A DNA stretch of 63,110 nt. It comes from Octopus bimaculoides. Its lineage: Eukaryota. The notes under the pieces were generated by a model that saw only the letters and a program-made list of their open reading frames with translations, was not told the DNA's origin and made no database searches. Where the stretch lies: the NCBI RefSeq assembly GCF_001194135.2, contig NC_068993.1, forward strand, positions 54,228,346 to 54,291,455, written 5' to 3'. How positions within the stretch are numbered: position 1 is the first letter of the stretch; every line of letters starts with the position of its first letter. This document shows, in pieces, positions 1-10,500 of the stretch. A program made the position numbers and the translations under genes.

Positions 1-167
1 TGAGGAGCATATCCTGGCAACAGGAATTCTTGTTTCCAATGATTTATGTTTTATGCTTTGAAATCTCTATGTTGCTCCTTACTGGAGAGAGATGAGCAGG
101 AGAGAAAAAGAAATCTGTTTATTATAGTAAAGCCTCCAAAATCAAATCAAATGGAAATTGTTGTGAG

Positions 168-417
168 TCCCATGCTGGTAGCACGTAAAAAGCACCATCC
201 AATTGTGGTCAATGCCATCTCCTCTGGCCCCTGTGCCGGTGGAACATGAAAAGCACACACTACACTCTCGGAGTAGTTGGCGTTAGGAAGGGCATCCAGC
301 TGTAGATACACTGCCAGATCAGATTGGGGCTTGGTGCAGCCACCTGGCTTCCCAGACCCTAGTCGAACTGTCCAATCCATGTGAGCATGGAGAACAGACG
401 TTCAATGATGATGGTGA
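168..417 (+). mobile_element. Retroposon 3' fragment with (GAT)n tail (RTE-like tail)
   Basis: AAAAGCACC..GGAAGGGCATCCAGCTGTAG..AGCATGG..GACGTT..ATGATG. Many copies in the window. Confidence 0.75.
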
Positions 418-626
418 TTACTTTGTCAAATGTAATGTTTTATTTATTTAGTTTCAAATGAATCTTGTAATTTTGATGATGTGATTGCTTATTGGATGTG
501 TCTGCACATATCCAATAAGGCTGTATATATTCATCCACAATGAAGGCAATTAGTCTAGAAGGATGGCAACTATGACAAACCTAGTTGTACATTATATATA
601 TATATATATATATATAACTTCTAGTC

Positions 627-764
627 CAGTGGTTCCCAACCCTTTTATTTAAATGAGTTTTCCCATGGACCCCTTTCAATATGCTTATACTTATGTGTGT
701 ATAAATAAATATACATATACAATGATGTTTTGAATTTAGTTTGCAGACCCCACAGGAACCAATG
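627..764. mobile_element. hAT (Charlie-like) MITE
   Basis: CAGTGGTTCCC terminus, perfect 8-bp TSD TTCTAGTC. Confidence 0.8.
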
Positions 765-1350
765 TTCTAGTCTGTAGAACTGAGAAAACATGAACACCAC
801 AATGGAAACAACCCAATTAAGAAAGCAGTTACCATGAAAATAAATAAATTTTGATTTTAAATACTGGCAGTACAATATAATGCACCTTGTTTACGCTAAA
901 GTGTATGGTGACAGGAAGAGCATCCTCAGGGTCAAAATTGTATCAGTTTGGATTAATGGATGAAAATGTTTTACTGCTTCATTTTCTTTCATTTCATGTG
1001 TGTATGTGATGTACTGCATCCAGCTGAAGAAGAAAAAAAAAACCATGCCTAAGAGAATAGAACAATGAGAGACAGTGCAGAGTGATGAGGCTTTCTCGGG
1101 AGCAATCAACGTAATGCCAGCAGTGTGAAGTAGTATGTTATATGGAAGGAAGGAAGGAATGGCAATAAGGCAGGATGGATGGAGGAGACATACAAAGCTA
1201 AAAGATGACATTCAATTAATAACGTGATTAAATTGACAACTCCACAAGTCACATCACAGAAAACACTAAGAACAGTTGCTCCAAATAAGAATTGATACAG
1301 AGTACACACAAGCCTGTAACCCTTTTCTTTAGCAAAATAATTATCATTAA

Positions 1351-1552
1351 CCCTTTGGCATTTAAACAGACCAAATATTCTACCTGTTTTATATCTAATC
1401 AGGCCAGATCTGGCCCATCATACCTACCCAATTATGTCATGCTAAAAATAGACAATCACCTTATCAAAATCTCAAAGCTACAAGGTAATCTACAATTAAT
1501 TCAAGACAATGTGAATAATTTCAATTGATAGAATAATCCAAATGCTAAAGGG
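1351..1552. mobile_element. TTAA-flanked piggyBac-like MITE, family A
   Basis: TTAA|CCCTTTGGCATTT ... AAATGCTAAAGGG|TTAA. Confidence 0.8.
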
Positions 1553-2444
1553 TTAAGCTGGTTGTTGGCATGTGAACTGACATGAAATTTGAACAGAAAG
1601 CTTTAAAATAGGAAATTTTCTATTACAGAGCTAGGAACAGGTTAGAAAGAAATAGATTGAGCTTCATTGCATAGTCGAATAACCTCTCATGTGCTGGCAG
1701 CAATACCAAAGCTGGTTGGGTCCCACCTGTTGTTGCATGCAAGATGATACAGAACATATAGACTCGTCCAACCCATCTCAACAAAGGAAAAGCAGAAGAA
1801 ATACAATGATATAAAGTAAATGGGTCCTCCTCTGTTGGTTTCACTAGACGAATATTCCAGCTGTTCACTCAACAGAAGTATCTTCCCACTGAGTCAGGAG
1901 GTGGCTGAGTACTCAAGCAATTTTGGTGGAAAGCTGTTATACTCTTCTTTTGCCATCACCTTAAACTGACCAGCCAAATCTAAATTTAAATATTATATAT
2001 ACATATGTATGTATATAAATATATATATGCATATAACAGATTTGTTACGTATTTAATGACTGTGCACTGTATTAAAATACCCCAGTTGCCATAAGAATTA
2101 GGTTTTCTTGATACAATTCCACTAACAATTCAGGATCAGGACAAACTTTTTTTTTTATTACCAATGTTATACAAAATGACAACAGAAATTAAAGAACAAA
2201 TTTTTCTTTAGTCAAAAGCTAGATTTAAAAAAAAAAAAACTAATATTTTATTCTGTATTTTCTCTCGCTTTCATTTCTCCAAACAGCTTCCAAATAGATT
2301 CTATGTTTCTGCCTTGTTGGCTGGCTGGCTGGCTGCCTCTATGGAAACTGCCATCTTTGTGCTGGACTGGGCCCAACCAATGGCTCACACCCAACAACCT
2401 GCACAGTATACAGAAGCAGTACAAAGCTAACCCAACTGTAAACA

Positions 2445-2482
2445 CTACTGCTGTAACGAATGAAGCCCAGCAGTAGAAATAT
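2445..2482 (-). CDS. ATRX: Possible alternative terminal ATRX exon (DISTAGLHSLQQ*)
   Basis: Good acceptor ttgttttcactctattgtag, phase-compatible with an internal donor CAAG|gtagca at 4344. AATAAA lies about 200 nt downstream (2247-2252). Confidence 0.35.
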
Positions 2483-4320
2483 CTACAATAGAGTGAAAAC
2501 AATTAGGTCAGCTCAAAGTGAAATATTAGCAAGTTTGACTGCTTTGACAAAACTAGAATCTCCAAAATGTTCATAAATAATGGACCATTTAATTATTGAG
2601 ACTATAAACAAAGTTAAAAAATACATGGATATTACTTATGTGGGGGGTGTGGTGGGGGTGATGAGATACTCCAGGTGGGAAAAGTCTGTAGTGTGTTAAG
2701 ACTTGGTCCTGGAGAGAAGAGGATGGCGAGACAATTAAAATATAACCAGAAATGTTTTAAGAAAAATAATCTCTAGTTTAAAAGAGAAGATGGCTTGAAA
2801 AGCAAATAGTATTGTGTAGAAGAAGCCCTGTTGGCCCTGTGTAGCAATTTAGTGTGAGTGTGTCTAATTAATACTAAGTCAGTCACTCGGTACATATTAC
2901 AAACTTCCAATTAGAGGAATCAGGCAATGAAAGGAAATAAAAGACAAACCCTTTGATGATGAAAATTGGTTTTTCATTAAATTCAAGGGGGGAAATGGTG
3001 AACAAATATTGACAAAGAAGTGTTCCACTGTCTTTTCTTTTTTTTTTTTAATGTCCTCTTCATCAGATTAAGGAAGATTTGTACACACAAAACTAATTGA
3101 AAAATGTTCAACTCATGCTGGTTTAGGCATGATGTTGTGATTGTTAGCTAATCTCAGTCAGTTTGTTTAAAAAGTGGCATTACAAGCTGAGTGGTCCTTC
3201 AAACTGTCACAGCGGGATTATTTTATACAAGGGAAATTCACGATGGTCTCTTGATGAAGAGTTTAGTAATTTAATGAATAAATCCTTGATGCTGCAATAT
3301 AATTAATTATTACTTTCCTTGTGATGAGGGTGAGTGTATCCCCATAAGTCCATTATAATTTTCTTTTTTTCTTTTAAATAATAATGTTACGTTCATGAAT
3401 GTTGACAGCATAAACCAAGTGGATAATTATGTTCATGAATGTCGCCAGCGTAAGTAAAACACCGTCACAAAGCAAAGGGAGGAGATTCATGGCCAAACAA
3501 TTCAATCTTTCTCCTCAACAGGAGAGGAGCAAACAACACAAGAATGTACCTTTTTTTTTTATTTACTTTTTTTTTTTGTGTGTGTCTTTCTTCAAAGCCA
3601 AAGAGTATCTGAGAGTGACCGGATAGTAGAGACGGGTAACCAGCCTCCGCTATACCGGTCACAAGATGACCAAAATGTGAAAACAAGGAAGAAGAAACTA
3701 GCAAAAGATGATTTGTGAGGATAGTTAAAAGGGGACAAACTGACTTAGAAACTACAAACAGTTATGTAATCTCATATAAAACAGTGAAAATGGTGTTTTG
3801 AAAAATAAATTTAATGTAAGTGGGGGGGGGGAGAAAGTCAACTATATAAAAAAAAAAAACTAACATAAAAGCGTCATGAGATGGAAGAAGCAAAAGTAGG
3901 ATATTCTCTCCTTGTTATCAGTGTTTTGGTTACTGTACTCCTAAATCAGCACTACTCTATCATGGGGTAACAAAGAGTAGAGCAGAAATGCCATGGAAGT
4001 AGGTGAGTTTATATTGAGGTCTTTTTTTTTTGTTTGGTACACCTTTTAGTGAACTTCCAGAGATATTAAATTTGGTCAGTGTTTCAACCTACCATACACC
4101 AAGCATTTGTGGATGTCACATGTACATAAGACAAATGCAAAAAGCAATGTATAGCAAGATTGGTTTTTGACATTGAAGAAAACCTGGTTAAAAACTATAT
4201 GTGAAATGATGGAGTCATCGTCACCAATTAATGGAGGATTGCGACAAACTGAAGATATTTGCTTCAACTTGCGGGGGGAGAAAGCAAGAGTTGATTCTCT
4301 AATCCCCACCTAAATCTTGT

Positions 4321-4566
4321 TTATTGAGACCCAGGGATGCTACCTTGCTGAAGCATATTCATCAGTTGTTGGTTGGCAGTTGCTGAAGCAGAATTCTGAA
4401 CTCCAGCTTCTCCAGCCATTGACCCTCCCTGTGTTGGCATCATATTGGCACCATGAACCATAGGTGAAATCATTCTTTGTGGAGATTGATATTGATCAAA
4501 CTGACGGGCTATTTGAGCCTTCATCTGTCTGTTTCTGGCCATTTCTCTCTTCAACTGTTCCTGGAC
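4321..4566 (-). CDS. ATRX: ATRX exon 31, Q-rich terminus (..[10 protein letters not shown])
   Basis: ttgcag acceptor, open frame to TAA at 4321-4323. Confidence 0.82.
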   Translation of the reverse strand, partial: VQEQLKREMARNRQMKAQIARQFDQYQSPQRMISPMVHGANMMPTQGGSMAGEAGVQNSASATANQQLMNMLQQGSIPGSQ

Positions 4567-7500
4567 CTGCAATTCACCAGAAACAAGATATTAGTTACAA
4601 CCAATAACATAAAACACTGGTAGTAATTACAGCAGGTATTCATCAATACAAATGTATTGATTATCTTAGAGTAAATTGTGCTTTGCCTTACCTGTCTTTG
4701 CTGCATGTCTATTTGTTGATTTATTTGGGCTCGCATGACTTCATGAACTTTCATTTGGAACTGATCATGGGTGAGATTTGGATACTGAGGAAAAAAGAAC
4801 ATTGAAGTAATGTACCACTTCCACTTGATTGCATTCTTCATAAAACAATTTAACATTGTGACATTTACAAACAAGCTGTAGAGGATCATTTCAAACACAA
4901 CCAGAAGTTTTTATTCAGGATTGTACTGTAACAGTATAATTGGCAGCTATGAACATCAAAATGTTAAATGTAGAAAAGCCCCATCCTAATAAAATCCAAC
5001 AATACTCCAGCTTAAACCTTTTGTTACCATATTTCTGTTAAAATACTTTGTCAATTTTGAAAATGATGAACAGTTTAGTATATAATAACTTCATTATCGA
5101 GCCGGTGTCAGGAACATAAATTAAATTTTAATGGAAAGTTTTTATTGGGAACATTTTAAAAGAGTAAGTTTGTATGATAGAACCAGAGACTGTCTGCAGA
5201 CTATTGGTACCAAAAGGGTTAAACTGTAGCACTACGTGCCTCCACACTATATCTATAACTTCCAAATGAGAAGTCACCATCGTCGTCGTTTAACGTCTGC
5301 TTTCCATGCTGGCATGGGTTGGATGGCTTGACTGAGGGCTAGCAACCCAGAAGGCTGCACCAGGCTCCAATCTGATCTGGCAGTGTTTCTACAGCTGGAT
5401 GCCCTTCCTAATGCTAACCACTCCAAGAGTGTATTGGGTGCTTTATGTGCCACCAGCACAAACTGGCATCGACCATACTCAAACGGTGCTTTTTACATGC
5501 CATCGGCACGCGAGCCAGTCAGGCAGCACTGGCTGGAAATATCTTTATAAATTCATGTTCTAAGAAATTTCCTATAATATCGATTTCTCAAGTTTCTTGA
5601 ATTTTTCGAACTCCAATTTCTCGCAAATTTCAATATTCATTGCATTCACTGCAGAATATTTCATTCTCATTTGTAAAGCCTCTCACTTTCTCTTTTAAGT
5701 TTTCATTTGCTATTTGGAAAACCGACAGTTTATTCTATTAATGTATACGTAATTTATTATTTATTGAATGAAAATTTTTTAAATACCCATATAATCATGA
5801 TACAAAACCTGACTGCACATCCATGGGCACAATGCACCTGGCACAATGCACCTGGCACAATGCCATATAATACAAGCAAGGTGTTCAAAAAGTCTCTCCG
5901 TAGTGAATTTTTTCATCCTGAGGAAATCAGCCTAGGGAGTGCTCACCCGGCAGTAAAAAAAGTTGAAAATGAAGGACGATGCTTTCAACACCTTATAAAG
6001 TTTTTTTTTAATCTTGTAAAGACTAATATAGTCTTATAACCATCTTTGCAATAAAATACTTACTGCAGAGAAACTTTTTGAACACCCTATAGTACATGAC
6101 ACCCCTGTCCAGCATCTGGCACACTGTGCCTGAAACAAGACTTCCAGAAACAGAGCCAGGTCAAAAATGAAGTTAAAAAAAGCAAAAAACAGAGACTTAC
6201 TAATGCTTTAACTCTTTGTGCAATATTGTGTATATCTGGTGAACGTAGACTGATAATAGGCTGGTTCTGCATCTGTTGTTGCATCATGTACATATTTTGC
6301 ATCATGTTAAACTGTTGGTTCATATAAGGCTGGTTCATTGCGTAGTTCACACCTTGCACATACTGCATTTGCATTGGATCTGAATCACGAATTAGAAAGG
6401 AAAATTTTTAAAAAAGAGATAAAAGATTACGAGAAAGAGTTTTTGTGATATGATTAGTTGACATTAATGAAGGGAGGGAATTCTATAATGATTGTCAGAG
6501 GAATATTCAAATGTCAGCAGGAGAACCAATCAGAAGTAGAAAATTGGATCTTTTTTAAAACGGGGGCCACATTTTTCATTAATGTTTTACGTAGTGCTTT
6601 TGGTACCGAAAGACTTTCAAACTACGTATACTTATCTATTTTGTGTTATAGAACAGAAAAATATTTTTGTATTCGAATTTATTTCATGTAAAAAATTGTC
6701 TTATTTCGATAATTTCAACCAATCACTGACGTCCATTCAGCCGATATACATTAAGTGCCGACGACATAAACAAACGATTCTTCGTTTTATTTGCTTTTTT
6801 CATTTTAAATTTGCTTTANNNNNNNNNNNNNNNNNNNNNNNNNNNNNNNNNNNNNNNNNNNNNNNNNNNNNNNNNNNNNNNNNNNNNNNNNNNNNNNNNN
6901 NNNNNNNNNNNNNNNNNNNNNNNNNNNNNNNNNNNNNNNNNNNNNNNNNNNNNNNNNNNNNNNNNNNNNNNNNNNNNNNNNNNNNNNNNNNNNNNNNNNN
7001 NNNNNNNNNNNNNNNNNNNNNNNNNNNNNNNNNNNNNNNNNNNNNNNNNNNNNNNNNNNNNNNNNNNNNNNNNNNNNNNNNNNNNNNNNNNNNNNNNNNN
7101 NNNNNNNNNNNNNNNNNNNNNNNNNNNNNNNNNNNNNNNNNNNNNNNNNNNNNNNNNNNNNNNNNNNNNNNNNNNNNNNNNNNNNNNNNNNNNNNNNNNN
7201 NNNNNNNNNTTTCAAAGTGTTTCATTAATGAAAAATGTGGCCCCCGTTTTAAAAAAGATCCAGAAAATTTCTATTTTTAAATCTCACAAGAGAAATTCAG
7301 CAACAGTACTTTGTAGAAAAGACCGTTTTGAGCTGAGTGGGGGTGCTAGATTCTCTTGTTTGAAAATATAAGGACACAGATCGTGTCATATAGCCAGCTG
7401 GAGATGATATCTCCTGGGCCTAAATTACAGCAACATTCATCCTAAACCAGGACTGCCATGTTATGTTGGCAAACAATCTTTACTACCAATCTGAAATATT

Positions 7501-10500
7501 CGGCAATTTGTGGTGGAAGGCTGACACAGTATTTATCCCACTTGGCTTTGCCTTTCATCCTTTCGGGGTCAATAAGTACCAGTTGCGTACTGGGGATCGA
7601 TCTAATTGACTGACCCCCACCCCACACACACACCCCCAAAAACTTTTCAGGCTTTGTGCCTAGAGTAGAAAAGAATATTTATCCCACTACTGCAAGTTAT
7701 GGTTTATAGCAGACATAAAAGTCACACTATAATATACAGTAATCCCTCAATTATCGCGAGTGTTACGTTTCAAAACCCCCTGTGATAGGTAAAAACCTGC
7801 AATGTAGAAACAATACTGTACTGTATGTATTTAAAATTTTTTTATAGTTATTTCATTATAAATGCAAAGCAACACCACAGAGGAATTGATGCAAGTTTAA
7901 GTAATAAACCACGATAGGTGAATTGCGATGTGACAAGGGATTACTGTATATCAATGTAAGCTGTCTCATGCGAAACCATGCACTCCTTACACAACATCAC
8001 ACTAGTCGTTGGGCAGGGAAAAATAACAATTTAAAATGGTTAGCAGCATTTCTTTCAGCTCTTTATGTTCTGAGTTCAAACCCAGCCAAGGCCAACTTTG
8101 CCTTTCATCCTCTCAGGGTTAATAAAATAAGTCACCAGTCAAATCGTAGGACAGGTATAATCAACAATCCACTCCCTAAATTTCAGGCCTTGTGATGCCT
8201 CTATTGGAATTATTAACAATGTTACTCACTTCTTCGGACGATGCCTTTCTTTTCATTTTCAAATTCTTCCCAAGCTGTCTTTCGTTCTTCTTCCGTCAAC
8301 TTCTCTTCCTCTTGATCCTCCAAAAGAGAATCATGTTCATGGTACGCCACAATCCATTTCTTCTGTTCTTGTAACAGTTCAGCTAACATACGATCCTGCA
8401 GAGAAAACAGTTGAATGTTTTAATTCATGCTAAAAGATCACCTATAATACTCAGCTAATCCCACAGCTTCAATAATCCACACCAACTTCATACAATGTGT
8501 TCAACTAAAATCCTTCAAGTGCATGGATGCAGTCAAAGGACTGAAACAAGTGAAAGAATAAATGATAAACAGAATTATAATTCCCAATGTCAGAGAATAC
8601 ATTATTTACATTTGACAGATATTTGCCCTCATCTTGTTTCTTGTTAACGTTTCGACTGATATACCTTCCAGCCTTCATCAGGTGTCTTGGGGAAATTTCG
8701 AACATGGGTTCTCATTCCTAAGGTATTTTCGATGTTATTATTATTATTCAGGTCACTGCCTGGAATCGAACTCGGAATCTTGGGGTTAGTAGCCCGCACT
8801 CTTAACCACTACGCCATATGCCCATCAAATGCAAATAATGTACATAATTCCTCATCTCTTAAATATAGAACTGTATGTAAGAGAATAGTTCCTACCTTCG
8901 GTAAAATAGGAGTCGGTCTTTCTGGTGCATTAGGATCATCCACTTTCTCGGGTTTAAATACATAGAGCTCTTGTAAATCTGCCTGCGTGAAATGTCGTTC
9001 AATTTGATGTTCATCAACAACACGTTGAGACAAGGCTTGTTTGATCACCTGCCTGTCATAGATTTTCTCTTCCATTGTTCCCTATAATAGTACAAATACA
9101 GGCATTTTAATGACTAATAAGGTAAAATGGTCACGGTAATATATTTCATTTAACATTTACTAATAGCAATAAAAAGTACTAAATACTTATTAACTGACCT
9201 GTGCAACAAGACGATAAATATATACTGGTTTTGTTTGACCAAAACGATATACTCGGAAAATTGACTGGATGTCATGTGAGGGATTCCAGGAAGCATCAAA
9301 AATAATTACTCTATTGGCAGCTACAAGATTAATACCAAGGGATCCAGCTTTAGTGGAAATTAAAAACAGCCGAGCTCTGCAAAGAATGAATTTTCATTGA
9401 TATCAAAGAAGGAAAACATTGCAATAAATATTTTTAAAACACAAATGTTTTGAAAGTATAGCAGCCAGAATAAAAATGGGATTGAAAAATTTCAAGGAAT
9501 TATTACTTCTCTGTCAGAGCAGATTGTAATGATAAGTAATAAGTGCAATATTGCATGATAGGAAATCATGAGAATGAAATGCAGAAAACAGAAGGCTAGA
9601 AAAGAGGGAGGAGAGTGCTGGCAGATATGTAATATTAGTGTGCATGAATGAAAAATTGCAAATGAGCTTGAGAAAGACTGGGTTTTAAGACAAATCAGAA
9701 GTATTGTACAAGAGTGAAGACTGTGTTGGTATGGACATGAGACTTGCGTGGAGCAGGAGATGGGTAAAGAAATATCAAGTGGAAAGAAGTTGCCAAAGAG
9801 GAAGACCAAGGAAGAAATACACCATTGGTGTTTGCACATATATCATCATCATCATCATTTAACCATGTTGCATGCTGGATGGTTTGGCAATATCCAAAAG
9901 TTCCAGGGACCACACTGTGTTCCAGTGTCTGCTTAGGCGTGGTTTCTACACTTAGATGCCCTTTCCTAATACCAACCAATTCACAGTATGTACTGGGTGC
10001 GTTTTTCTTGTCACTTGCAGTAGCAAGGTCACCATGCAGCATTGCCAAGACTACAAGACNNNNNNNNNNNNNNNNNNNNNNNNNNAGACAGGTTAAAGTA
10101 TATAAGAAAGAAAAGGTGAGCAGAGAGTAGGCAACAAAAGGCGAAAAACTGTCAGAACTTTACCTATAATTTTCTGTATCATTGAAAACTTCAGCCCATT
10201 TCTTACGATAGTGAGCAGGTGTAGAACCATCGAGTCGAAAGTAATCAGCTCCTTTGATCCAAGATTTGCCAAAGGTCTCTTTCTCGTCTTTATCTTTCTT
10301 TTTCTAAAATGAAAAATGTTTATATATTTTCTGTTGAATGTTGTTACTTACATAAAATCATACATCATCAGACCAAGGACAGTTTAACAACATTGCAGGC
10401 AACAACAACAACAACACGACCAAATCTGTTACACTCTATACAATTGTTAGGTCTGACCATCTCTAACTTCTCTTGGAAAACCTAGCTTTTCAATATTGCA

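Noticed and set aside
2248-2502. 84-aa hydrophobic minus-strand ORF
   Set aside because: No recognisable family, lies in the presumed 3'UTR, and overlaps the alternative exon candidate in another frame.
6582-7371. Long ORFs in the track spanning poly-X
   Set aside because: Artefacts of the N gap inside a MITE.
8750-8823. tRNA gene
   Set aside because: The acceptor stem is not formed and it continues into a repeat body, so it is a SINE head rather than a functional tRNA.
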